Source: Rhizophagus irregularis
Taxonomy: Eukaryota
DNA length: 64,000 nucleotides
Assembly (NCBI RefSeq): GCF_026210795.1
Contig: NC_089430.1
Location: 2,790,001 to 2,854,000, forward strand
Direction: 5' to 3'
In this document: in pieces, positions 52,442 through 64,000 of the stretch
Position numbering within the stretch: position 1 is the first letter of the stretch
How the letters are laid out: each line of letters begins with the position of its first letter
Made by a program: the position numbers and the translations under genes
Notes under the pieces: model-generated
Seen by the model: only the letters and a program-made list of their open reading frames with translations
Database searches by the model: none
Told to the model about the DNA's origin: nothing

Positions 52442-52597
52442 AATTTAGGAACAGATAGGGCTTAGCATAGAAAAAATAATATGTATCACGGGTACAGTCC
52501 CAGTCATTTGTATTTGTTTTCGCATGTATTAATAAAGCGGTTTTTCATTTGCCATGTAACATTGAATAATTCTTTCGTATATGAAATATTATCTATC

Positions 52598-53096
52598 ATG
52601 TTATCTGAGCTTGAAGTATTGATCATTGAGCTTGAGGCTAAGGAGAAAGCTAGGCGTGCTGAGCTTGAGGCTAGAATTTTAAAACTAGAGCAGGATCAGG
52701 CAGAAAGAGAAACTAGGTAAGAAAAATCGCAAATTTCAGACTAGATGCATCCAGATAGCTAAGGAAATTCTTAATGAGGAACCTATTATCGAATATCGCC
52801 CTCCTTTCCTGGATGGATTAGAGCTTGATGCTTTCTTCCAAAAATATCGAATCGCATTAGAGGTGCAAGGGGCTCAGCATCGGTTTCATAGTACTAGCTG
52901 GTATAAAGATGTTAAGAAACTCGAAGATGTTGTTAATAGTGATCGGCAAAAAAGATGCATTTGTCTGGATAGTGGAATTTTCCTTATTGAAGTATGGTAT
53001 GATCAAAACCCGAAAATTGTTATTCCAGAAAGGATACGAAAAATTAAGGAGTTTGTTTGTCTAGTATCCAAAAATTTTGATACAATAGTCTTATAA
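52598..53096 (+). pseudogene. Coiled-coil plus Vsr/DUF559-like PD-(D/E)xK endonuclease, one frameshift
   Basis: MLSELEVL...QAERE, frame change at ~52718, then KKNRKFQTRCIQIAKEIL...YRPPFLDGLELDAFFQKYRIALEVQGAQH...DRQKRCICLDSGIFLIEVWY. Confidence 0.8.
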
Positions 53097-53338
53097 TATA
53101 TGTAACTCTACGTACGTTTAACCTAAGCGATGCAAAAATATCTATTTATTTTTTTTTTATCAGCTTATCGCTCGTATTAAACATCATCTGTTAATCTGTT
53201 ATGTATATCTAGATCAGTGATCACGATCTCAAAACGCGTAAACGCGCACGTGGTTTAATAATCAATATAAATAATACCATAGGTTCTTAATCAGTAAGAC
53301 TAAAACTCTTACTTGTTAGTTATTCCACCTATTCCACC

Positions 53339-54003
53339 ATGAGTTCCATGAGTTTGAATACTGAAGACAGCAAAAACAGTGTAAACACTGTAAAAAAACT
53401 TGCAAAAATGTTTTCCTTAGGTGAGTATTAAATGATACAAATAAATGAAAAGTTCAGAAATTCATCTTAACAATCTTTTCATTACCATTTAGGTTTAAGA
53501 GATATTCCCGATGTTATAAAAGAGAACGCAGACAAGGTCCTCGAAGTTATTGAAAATATGTGTATTGATGATCCTATCGTCATCATTAAATGGACAGTTC
53601 CCTTTCCCAGAAATGTTAGAGGCCAAACGGAGGTATTTTTACATTGTTTGTTATTCATTGTTTGTTAATTTAAACTAATATGTACAAAATTGTTTAGCGT
53701 TCGTTAATTAACCACATTGTGACAAATGGAGGCACCAATGAATTTAATTCTAACGTAATTTTCTCCTTCAGAAGTGGACGACAGCTTACTAACTGTGTAA
53801 ATGGTCTACCACTTTGGTTGGTGTTAAGTTTTATTATTATTATTTCTAGAAATATTTGCAATGTTTTTAACTTTTTCAAATATAGGTGCAGGCATGATCG
53901 AGTTAATCCAAATGTGCCCGATGTTGGGTATTGCTACCGTGCCACCAGAGTTAGTGAACGTTCAGCGGATCTAGAAGTATATTCTCTCGTTTTTAATATC
54001 TAG
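53339..54003 (+). CDS. Intact 4-exon hypothetical protein (~152 aa)
   Basis: Exons 53339-53420, 53493-53632, 53698-53816 and 53886-54003 with GT-AG introns splice into one open frame, MSSMSLNTED...EVYSLVFNI*. Confidence 0.75.
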
Positions 54004-54189
54004 CTTCGTATACTATAAATATCTTTAAAAAAAATTACCTAATTATTTTATGCTAATATTTTTATGATATAACTCGAATTTTTAGCTTTATAAATGTATT
54101 ATCATGAAACATATATTTTAATGCAAGAATAAAAAATTATTGCTTAAATATACTATTATATAATTTTTTGTGTATGTCCACGTTTTTCA

Positions 54190-54840
54190 TAGAGATTAAC
54201 CAAGGTGATTTATTACATGGATGAAGTCAGGGATAAAATCTAGTCAGCAGGAAATCTAAGATAGGTATAATACAAGATAACTTGCACAAGAAACTCTTAG
54301 AACTAGAAACATCTCGTGTTATTTGGGAAAAATAGGTTGAGATAGACAAAATCAAGCTGGTTTCATATAGCACAACTGAGATTTCGAAACTGACTAATGC
54401 ACAAATCCGAAATGTAATAGATCAGGTAATCTTGAAAACTAATCAGACTAATTTAACGGATGCACAAGTGAATCCCTTGGTTTCAACTGAGGAGGACCTT
54501 TTGATGAAAGAGATCATGGAAGGTATTGAGAGGGTAGAGAAAGAGAAATGTCAATCAAAGGTAGTAACTGCAACTAAAATCCATATTGAATATGATGATG
54601 TCTACTTTGATGGGGAGGATTTAAAGGAGGAAGCGAACGAAGTTAAGTCAGATGATGAAAACGTTTCTAGTGATTCTGAAGAAGAGAGGCGTGATTTGGA
54701 TGATGGATATAATGGATATGGTCATACAGTGGATATGATGAATATGGTGGATGCGATAGAGGTTATTATTATCGTGATGGAGATATGAAAGGAAAGTCTC
54801 ACCAATGATGAGTCCTATTATCTCTCCGGTAACTGCCTAG
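54190..54840 (+). pseudogene. 3' fragment of the same family as 22729..24647
   Basis: YSTTEISKLTNAQIRNVIDQV matches YSADRISKLTNPQIEYIIEQV at ~24150. Acidic tail; stops upstream. Confidence 0.6.
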
Positions 54841-55048
54841 AAGAATTATTGGACGAACAATTATTCGCATTGATTGAATTATGCAAAATCGTATTTCTTT
54901 TTTTCGAATCACGTGGGTGGCTAGATATTATGCACAGTAAGTACGTCATCATTAAACTTCTTTGCAGTAACTACGTCACTATATCCGCAGTCATTTATTC
55001 CATTTATTTTTCTTCAAAAATTTGAATTCACTCTTTTAGAGTCAAGAG

Positions 55049-55537
55049 TAGAGTTCCGAACAGGTTGACCAAATTCAGGTAACCTGACAGGTTGACCTGA
55101 ATTTATCAGGTCAGGTTTAGCAATTACAATTCAGCATTATGACATCAATATAACCTGAATGACTGTTGACCTGAAAATATGATTTTATATAATATAAGTG
55201 ATAGTATTATAACTCACTTTTTATATTGATTTTATATATAAAAAGTGAATCGCAGTATCGGAATTCACTTTTTTATATTGATTTTAAATAAAAAAAGTTG
55301 GTTGCGGTATTATGATTCACCTTTTTATACGATTTTAATATAAAAAAGTGAATCGCAATATTTTCAAAAAAAATGTTTTGCGCCATTTTTTTTGATATTT
55401 TAATAAAAATCCTGAAAATTTTCAGGTTTCAGTTCAGGTCAGGTCAAACAGATAACCTGACCTGACCTGACCTGAAAAAAAATTTCAGGTCAGATTTATC
55501 AATTAACCTGACCTGATCTGATCCATTCAGAACTCTA
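55049..55537. mobile_element. hAT-type MITE (489 bp)
   Basis: TIRs TAGAGTTCCGAA / TTCAGAACTCTA. Perfect 8-bp TSD GTCAAGAG. GACCTGA subterminal repeats. Confidence 0.95.
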
Positions 55538-55577
55538 GTCAAGAGTAAGTATGGTTTGTAAAAAGAATAAAAGAATT

Positions 55578-56140
55578 TAAAGATGCTTCCTGAAACTATT
55601 TTTCAGTTTCCGAAACTGAAATTGAAACCAAAACTAAATCCGAAACTTGTCCGAAACTCTGAAACTAGCCCAAAACTCCCGAAACTAGCCCAAAACTCCC
55701 ATAAAATTTGGCCGAAATTATGACATTTTATCCCGTGATGTTATACCAATTTCCTAAAAAGGAAATTATATTTCCCAGTAAAATTGGAAAAATTAGTTAT
55801 ACAATGGTTACACAAAATCCAAAAAAAGAAATTTTAATGTCAATCATTTCTTGGCCAGAATTACGTCCTAAAAATGGCTAAAATTATATCAATAATTTCA
55901 GTCAAATTTTGAACTTTCAGTAATAATTTTGGCATTATAAATTTTGGGATTAGTTTTACTAGTTTCAGATTAGTTTTACCAATTTCAGTTAGTTTTACCA
56001 GTTTCAGATTAATTTTACCAGTTTTGGATTAGTTTTACCAGTTTTACCAGTTTTGGAAAATAAGAAAATTTCAGAAATAGTTTTACCAAATTTCGGTTTT
56101 AACAGTTTCAGAAATTACTAAATTTCAGGCAGTATCTTTA
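55578..56140. mobile_element. hAT-type MITE (~563 bp), related to 22936..23179
   Basis: TIRs TAAAGATGCTTCCTGAAA versus rc TAAAGATACTGCCTGAAA. CCGAAACT and AGTTTT(A)CC subterminal arrays. TSD not clean. Confidence 0.78.
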
Positions 56141-58237
56141 TAAAAGATGTATTCAATCCACACAATTCGCAACTCCAGTATCAGCTGAGGAGATCCAATC
56201 TGAAAGCCTTATAGTAATGGCTATAGAACTACAAGAATTTGTACATCAAGTATAGTTAATGAAGTTCATAAAGTACTAGAATATGATCGAAAAAATATGC
56301 CTTGGATTGATAATGTTACCAAAATTTTTGCTTAAGATAGAATTAATTAAAGATTATTGTTAGGGTTACCTATGAGAATAGTTGAAGATCGAACAAGTCA
56401 CATGATGTAGTACGCAGAAATCCTATGATTATGGCTGAGTTATTACAATATGAAACATTTATATATTTTAGTTTTATTAGTTATTTACATTAATTAATCA
56501 CTTTTAGTATTATTAGTACTTTTGACTCATAAGTATTCAATTATAAGTATCAGTTTAATTATTATAACCTTAAAAAATTGCTTTATTAGTTTAGCTAGAG
56601 AAGTTTCTTGAATTTTACATAGTTGATGAATCATATAGACACATAGAACTTATAGGAAATGGTAATGAAAAGGTTTTTGCAGATAATTGCAATGAAAAAG
56701 GACAATTGATTGATTAATCATATTAGTATAATAGGATAATATTGATAAGTTCAAACTGTCATGTGTGCAAATGTAAACATATATAGAGCAATATTTTCTT
56801 TTGAATAAAAATTGTTAACACCTGGGTAATCTAATAGTGAGTTTAGATTGTGTTATCTAAAGTATTGTGTTTTTGTATGATTTGTTTATTAGTTTTTCTT
56901 TGTAGTAAACTTTTTTGCATGTTTTATTTGTTTTACCTTTGTGTTTGTTATTATTTGTTTGATAGATTTCTATCTTTAAGAAACTCTTACATTGTTTACC
57001 GTCATTATTAATTTTCTATTGAGAATTATTAGTGATACTCTTATATTTCGTTACAATATTATCAAAACACTTATCATTTTATTACTTGACTTTTATCATG
57101 ACTGTTCAATTTAACATCTCTGATGTTAGTTATCACTCCAAACCAAATCGGTGATAACAATAACTTTATTCGTGCTTTAATGGAGCTTGAAAATCAATGC
57201 AATGATCCATGAAAAAAAGCATATAACAGTCCACTTCAGTGAACAAATTCTTTGGTATGAAGGCATTTCGTGAAATATCCATTCAAACTAATCTTATTTC
57301 TAAGGTACAAGATTTTGGAAATAAAATAGTTAATCACATAACTGATTTCATAACTCAAGTGGAAAAAGGCAAAAAAGGATAGTTAAGCTGTGGATCAGTT
57401 GCAACATTATGTCAGATGATAATTATGGAAAGAGTGGTAGATCCACTTAATAATGCTGAAAATAAAGGTCTTAAAACTTGTGGATAAATAATCATTTTCT
57501 AAAAAGATATATTCTTTCAAAAACACATGAAAGAGACGTCTCTTAATTCCAATAATATATCACTGGATCATATAAATCCACAGAATATATTATGCACAGT
57601 AATACATCACTGACATCTGCAGTCATCATTTTTGCTGAAGGCACTAAGGCACAAGATCTATTAATAAACTTGGTCAAGAAAATTATTTTTGTGTTGCTAT
57701 ACTGATGAACTTTCCTAAGAGTTCTAGTATCATCAGGAAGTCACAGAAAAAATGTTTATCAAATGTATATCAACCACTTGATATACATTATAAAGAAATG
57801 TTAAACATCAGACCCTGTAATGTACTACTGATGTCACAATACCAAATCCATTAACAATATACATTATTTTTATTATAACAGTATTTTATTATTGATATTT
57901 AAATGTTATTGAATAATAAATTATTTTATTAAATTATTAAATTACATTATAACAATCTATATTAATCCAATTAATCCAAAATATTAGCTAAATGTTTCTA
58001 TAAAAAAATGAAAATAAGTTTTGTAATAGGCGTTGCAAAACTTAACATCATATGGGCTGATTTGTCTACCTTTAATTAAAATATTGATTTTATTACATTT
58101 TTATTATACAAAATACTATATAATATACAGTAAATTGGAGATGAGTATTAAAAAATTTTTATTTAATGTTACTATAAATTGGTAAATATTTCTTTTAAAT
58201 TAATATATTTACCATATATGTTAAAATTTTGTATCTT

Positions 58238-58544
58238 AACTTTAAACGTAAATATCTCCAGATCCAATGATCCAATCGGCAAGCTCTTTTTTCGTTCATA
58301 TAGACCAGATCAAGGGCTTTCCAAAGAGCCTAAATTTATAAAAAATGGATCAGTGGATCCCAAAATATTTGCATTTAAGCATGTTAAAAAATTCATACCT
58401 CAACTTTAAACATAAATATCTCTGGATCTAATGAGTCAATTGACGAGCTCTTTTTTCGCCTATAAAGTCCAGAACAAGGGCTTTTCAATAAGCCTAAAAT
58501 TATAGAAAACAGATCAGTGAATCTTGATATATTTGCGTTTAAAG
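58238..58544. repeat. Two ~164-bp tandem units with palindromic TTTAAA-bounded ends
   Basis: AACTTTAAAC.TAAATATCTC..GATC.AATGA...GATCAGTG.ATC...ATATTTGC.TTTAA at 58238 and 58402. Confidence 0.85.
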
Positions 58545-59050
58545 ATGGTAATACAAACTCTGACACAAAATAATTATTTTTATTGTTTGAAAATATCTAT
58601 CATGATACCATCTTTTATATGATATTTTTATTATACTTTTATAAACATTTATAGCTACTAAGACTATATAAATTTTTATTTTACTTTATATTTTATTAAA
58701 ATATACTTACTTTTTAATAATATATATTAAAAATTCCATATATATGAGAAATGGGTTTTTTATTAGTAAAATGGGTTTTTTCACAGCTTTTTACATTTAA
58801 TAATTTAAGTTTCGCAATTGTAAATTTTTGCTCAACTTATTATTTAGTCAAGTGATCATCAATCAGATGATTTTTTGGTATTACAAAACAATTTTGAGTA
58901 ACAAAAATTGTGAAGATCAATTCAATAACTCTTTTTAATGCAGAGCAAACAAATCAGCCCATATGGATGATAAAAGCTTTCTTTTCCAAAAATTTTAAAA
59001 ACATAACAATTCCACAGTAAAATTTTATTTTGCTTAGTTTTTAAAAAAAA

Positions 59051-59632
59051 ATGGAAGATAAACGAAATATACAAATAGCTGAAAATAAGTTTCCACTTAT
59101 TGAAGGCACAGAACAACAAAATTTTTTACGAACCACATATATAAATTACTTAAATTTTAGTGAAGGTCTTGCCGCTCAGTTTTTTACCGGAAGAAATATA
59201 GAAGTTCAATGTAATATACTACGAAATAATTTCAGTTTAACAGACGAAGACATAAATAGTTGGAGATCAAGGGCCTCTCGTTATCAAATGACTCCAGAAA
59301 GTTTTGCTTTTTTTTTACACACTGCTATATATTCTGCCGTAGAGAGTTATGCCGCAGTAAAGCGTTTAACAGCTGATAGAAGAAATATGTTGGCAACATC
59401 AATAGCAGAACATGTGACTTCTATGGATTTGAAACAGCAAAAAATAGAAAAAGAGATCCAAAAAGCAAAAAAGCATTATTCAGAGCGATCTCCTAAAAAG
59501 GAAAAATCTAAGACGGGAATAAAGCACAGGTCTAAAAAAGATAAGAAAAAAAAGAAAAAAGCCCAACGCCATGATTCTGATTCAGATTTCACTTACCAAT
59601 ATGGGAGTGATTCTGATGATCTATTAGATTAA
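59051..59632 (+). CDS. Intronless 193-aa ORF with Lys-rich and acidic tail; possible leading ORF of a non-LTR retroelement
   Basis: Open ORF with ATG, lying 16 nt upstream of the ORF1-like relic on the same strand. Confidence 0.55.
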   Translation: MEDKRNIQIAENKFPLIEGTEQQNFLRTTYINYLNFSEGLAAQFFTGRNIEVQCNILRNNFSLTDEDINSWRSRASRYQMTPESFAFFLHTAIYSAVESYAAVKRLTADRRNMLATSIAEHVTSMDLKQQKIEKEIQKAKKHYSERSPKKEKSKTGIKHRSKKDKKKKKKAQRHDSDSDFTYQYGSDSDDLLD

Positions 59633-59647
59633 ACAATTAATGAACTG

Positions 59648-60115
59648 ATGGAGAAAGCCACTGATGAGATGATCTCAATTGACCAACCAATTGTAGATCC
59701 AATGAAGATGATCAAATCTGGAATTAATCTTGATAATAGCCCAAATGTTGATCAATCATCAAAAATGGAAATCATCACAGATACACCAGTTATAAAATAG
59801 ATTGAAAATACGCCCTTGCTGCAAACAGTTCCTCAATCACAGAACATCATAACGGATTTGACAAAATCTTTGAATAAAAAGAAAAAGTTGAATAAACATT
59901 TAGTTCAACAAGCTATTACAGGTCATATACCAACTAATGAGGATACATTGCGAGTCAGAGACATTTTAGTATATGATATTCTGGTATCCTGGATGCCAGA
60001 GGAAATTCTAAAACAATTAACTCTATGGGGAAAAACTATTAGTATGCAAACGAAATGACAAAGAAAATACCAGACAGTTCATTTGTCAATAGAATTGAGT
60101 ACCTTCCGTTTAGCC
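59648..60115 (+). pseudogene. Non-LTR retrotransposon ORF1-like (RRM-like) relic, 3'-truncated
   Basis: RVRDILVYDILVSWMPEEILKQLTLWGKTISMQTK*QRKYQTV resembles the RRM-like ORF1 segment of fungal LINE-type elements. In-frame stops. Ends abruptly at 60116. Confidence 0.55.
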
Positions 60116-60550
60116 TAAGAATGATGCTGCAATTATTTTTTTAAATTTGCAGTATTGCGGATTTTTGAAGTGAATTGCATATAATAATTCGCAATTCTGC
60201 AATTATTACATAATTCCGCAATTCTTCCGCAATTCCGCAATTATTCTGCAATTCCACAATTATTCAGTAGTACCGCAATTCTTCTGCAATTCCACAATTA
60301 TTCAGTAGTACTGCAATTCTTCCGCAATTTCGCAATTATTCGGTAGTACCGCAATTCTTCTGCAATTTCGCAATTATTCGGTAGTACTGCAATTCTTCCG
60401 CAATTCTGCAATTATTCGGTAGTACCGCAATTCTTCTGCAATTCCGCAATTATTCGGTAGTACCACAATTCTTTCGCAATTCCGCAATTATCCGGTAGTA
60501 TCGCAATTCTTTTACAATTACGCAATTTTATCACAATTCTTTCGCAATTC
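60116..60550. mobile_element. hAT-like terminus with a 7x 38-bp subterminal tandem array
   Basis: Starts TAAGAATGATG, compare CAGGGACGATG of the 27926 hAT. The unit AATTATTCGGTAGTACCGCAATTCTTCCGCAATTCCGC repeats at 60258, 60296 ... 60486. May be the far end of the transposase at 63072. Confidence 0.65.
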
Positions 60551-61227
60551 TGTAATTGTAAATTCATTATTTATTGCATTCTTATTAATATTTCTAAAGC
60601 AAATAATAAATACCTTTCAATTTATTATTAGTACATTTCTTTTAAAAATTCTCATATATATACACTTCATACCAAAAAGTTTAAGACCATATGTGATTTC
60701 TTAAAAAATAAATTTTTTTTTATCATTAATTTTTATTGGACTCTAATAAATGTATATAATATTTTTATTCCTTAATGAATACTTTTCAGCGTTTTATATA
60801 TAGAATTTAACCAGAAATTATAATATATTGCATTTTTTAAGTATCGTTTTAGAAAAGTATTTACGAACGTTATACTTAAAATGATATTAAAAGAATTTTT
60901 TAAAAACATGAAATAATTCTGAGATCACTATTAAGTCACAATTAGAAATTTGACGAAAATCTTATTTTTACAAAAAAAAAGAGAAAATTATTAATCGCGT
61001 AATTACTATGTAATTTAATCATTAAATTACCCGATGATCGCTATCTTTTACCTTGTTATTTTATAATTTAATTTCAGTCCCAAGTTGATATAATTTCGGC
61101 CCAATAAATAATCCTATCTATAGCTAGTATATAAATTATATAAGTAAAACTTTTCTTAAAAGAACTTAATTACCAAATCAATTTTTTATTTATATTTATC
61201 TATATAAAATTTTAATTAAAATTTTTG

Positions 61228-62045
61228 CTAATACTTAGTTGGAAAGCCACGTGCCTTTAAAACTGCTTTTACTCAGTTTTCCATACTGCTAACCGTTTAC
61301 TATTGCTTCTCGAACTGGAAGACCTTAAAAATTAAATGAACGTGATAAGCGGCATCTAAAGCTTATTATCAATAAAGAAAGGTGTGAACCAGCAAAAAAA
61401 ATTTGGGAAATTTTTGTAAAATCAACTGGTAAAAAAATGTGTATATAAATAACCCTTTATGAAATGGGTTATAGTTGAGTTGCTCTCAGAAAGCCCTATA
61501 TAAGTGAAACAAACAGACGTTTTCGATTAAAATGGTCTTGAGAAAGGCGATTATACTTCTGATAACCTCACTAGAAAGTTGTGACCATAATTCTTGTAAA
61601 AATCTCTCTAATTTGATTATATTTTTGAATTTTCTTTTCTTGATCAGATGTTACGTTCGAGTTCATCCCACAAGTGTTCGATAGGATTAAGGTCGGACTT
61701 TGTCCCAGCCATAGTAAAAGAGTTATTGCATTTTCTTAGATGAAAATCTTCTATGTTTCTGTTATATCAATCTGACCATTGATCCTTACCAACAGATCTA
61801 ATCCATACCATGAAAAACATCCCCACATCATAATACCCACTATGCTTTACCGTTGGAAGGCAATTAATATCATATTTTTCCTTTGGGAAGTGCCAAACGT
61901 GAATTTTTCCAATTTTGATATTGTACCATAGACAGCTGTTTTTGAACAACCTGTTTTTTGGATATGGTTCTTTCAGAGTCTCCTGATTGGTAAAAACCAA
62001 TAATTACGTCACGTTCGAATTCTGTAAGCTGTTTTTTTTAGCCAT
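61228..62045 (-). pseudogene. Tc1-type transposase relic with an internally inverted segment
   Basis: Minus strand: LTEFERDVIIG, CLPTVKH, QSPDLNPIEHLWDELE, KARGFPTKY*. Plus strand at 61291-61550: GRP*KLNERDKRHL...RKPYISETNRRFRLKW. Confidence 0.85.
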
Positions 62046-63071
62046 AGATAAAGAAAGTGTAAAGAAAAATGTTGGAAAAGAAAATAAACGGAAATGAGTA
62101 TAACGTGAATTATGTAGTAATTGTGGAGTAAGTAGAGAGAGTAACAAAATCAGGATTCGTGCGATGTGTGTTAGTAGAACATTTCCTTCAAAAGTAAAAT
62201 TTCTTATTTCTTTCAAAATGTTGTGAGTTTTCTCCTATTATTCTTTATACAATTTGGCACGTGAGGACCAGATGTGATCTTTAATGTCATTCATAATGAG
62301 GTTCATAAAAGTTATAAAACTCTTGAAATGTAAAGCTTTCTTAAGGATATAATTGCAGAAAATGTCAGTAAGGGCACATGGTATCAAACCATGTATTAAA
62401 AAGTAAAATGAGTGAGTTTTTGGTAATGTATAATCAAAAGTAGCGTTAAAAAAAGAGGACGAGTCTATAGTGTCCTAAAGGTGTCTAGGAAAATTGAATA
62501 TTAGCGGTAGGGTATAAGAAATTACTTTTTTTTATGCGTGAACTTTGTAATTTCGATAATTTAATGCTTGTAATCGTATCATAAGGATTATGATTCATTC
62601 ATTCTTTAGTGAAAGTCCAATCTATGTCACCTTATTTGATGAGATCGTGAATAAGGAATAATGAAGAATTATTAATTAATGAATGTTATTGCTCCATCTT
62701 CTAATGTTGCGGTCTACTACCGCGATATTATTCCAATTAATGTATCCTAGACTTGTTTGTTGAAAAATGTATGATTAATAATAATAGGATTTCTGATTTC
62801 AGATCCTACGTTAGCTAAAGAATCTGCCAAATCATTTTCTGCATTGTTAGAGTGAGCTAAGGTATATAATGATCTCTAATTATCAAATCTTAATAAATGA
62901 TATGTAAGTGTCACGTGATCACAAATGAACAAATCACTAAACCATGTTTTAAACGCGCAATACAATTTCTCAACTAAAGTTATTTATTTTATTAATAAAA
63001 CTATATAATATTGTTATATATGAAATTATGCGAATTATTATGATTATTATAACAAACAAAATAAGAAAAAA

Positions 63072-64000
63072 TTATATTTCATCAGGATTCCAATCCTCGT
63101 CATCTTCATCATTACTATTACATCTACGACGCGTAATAATAGGAAGTGTTGTATTATCAATAAGTACCTATGGGCCCAAATCTACTACATTTTCAATATT
63201 TAATATTTCATTAACGTCACTTGTTTCCACTTCATTACCTTCATTTGGAATTAATTCATCATCATCATCACTTTCATTAAACAAATCTCCTTCTTCAAAC
63301 ATATTATTTAACATTTGTTGAACATCATTATTTGATATTAAATCAGCATGATTTAAAGATTTTTGACCTTTTGTACTAAGGTTATAACGATAGATTTTTG
63401 CTATTGATTCAATTGTTTGGGCACTTAAATTCGTTCTTTTCTTTCCAAACATCCAACCAAGAGATGAAAAAAGACGCTCGCAACTAGCGGAATGAGGCGT
63501 AATTGAAAAAATAACTTTGCTAAGACGTGATAAAGAAGAGAATTTTCTATCAATAATTGAATTCCACCATAAATAAGGCACATCGTGTTCAGGCAAATAT
63601 TATGCATCATAGGGTTTAGCATTATCAAAATATGAATGAATCTGAGAATGTAATTCTAAACCAAATGCTTTTTTATGCCCAAGAGCTTTCCAAAGCCTAA
63701 GTGCGGCTTTTTGAATACGATCAAAATGTTGATTACGAACACCTAATCCTTAATAAACAAGCAATAAATAAATGTTAAATAAATTTTTTATTATATGGAT
63801 TACAAACCATCTTCCTTTAAATTTAAATTAATTATTAATTATTAATTACCTTTATAGTAAGGGTGAAGAAAAAATGCCAGAAGATAAATATCTTCATCGT
63901 ATTCTGCAAATCTATTGAAAATATAATAAATATATTATTTGTTTCAATTTTTTATAATTAAATTATAACTTACCTTTTATTAAAAATTCTAATGCAAGAG
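63072..64000 (-). pseudogene. hAT transposase C-terminus (dimerisation domain), runs off the window
   Basis: AFFLHP, PYLWWNS...LSRLSKVIFSITPHSASCERLFSSLGW. Frameshift near 63600 and a premature TAG at 63168. Confidence 0.88.

Noticed and set aside
52716..52745. 28-nt GT-AG mini-intron that would repair the Vsr-like frameshift
   Set aside because: It is much shorter than the other introns here (~60-100 nt) and would delete plausible coding residues (KKNRKFQT). A simple frameshift is more likely.
20700..57700. Endogenous giant-virus or Starship-like region
   Set aside because: There are intron-poor cargo genes and a Vsr-like nuclease, but I see no capsid, PolB, packaging ATPase or tyrosine-recombinase captain.
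60258..60525. CRISPR-like 38-bp periodic array
   Set aside because: The units are head-to-tail with no unique spacers, no cas genes are present, and the context is a eukaryotic transposon end.

Overview
AT-rich eukaryotic DNA with short GT-AG introns. The gene families (tyrosine-kinase-like kinase, Crinkler/CR-REase, SAM-headed and F-box/LRR proteins) point to a Glomeromycota fungus such as Rhizophagus; this is an inference. 1-16 kb holds five apparently intact genes: two tandem coiled-coil paralogs with a Mieap/GIL1-like C-terminus, a stand-alone vWA protein, a 5-exon kinase and a 4-exon multi-pass membrane protein. 20-64 kb is an accessory, transposon-saturated tract. It contains hAT, pogo, Tc1 and two Mutator-like transposase relics, a LINE 5' relic and a 162-bp retroposed insert. 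It also has about a dozen MITE or foldback insertions, most with readable TSDs and several nested inside other elements. Between these lie three decayed Crinkler-REase paralogs, a stand-alone Crinkler N-domain, a Vsr/DUF559-like nuclease and two intact orphan genes, one SUKH/US22-like. The two best leads are a recurring non-coding ATGTATnACGGG-hairpin motif at junctions between different cargo genes, suggesting modular cassettes, and an intact immunity-like gene lying between Crinkler nuclease copies. All domain calls are by-eye motif recognition; no searches were run.
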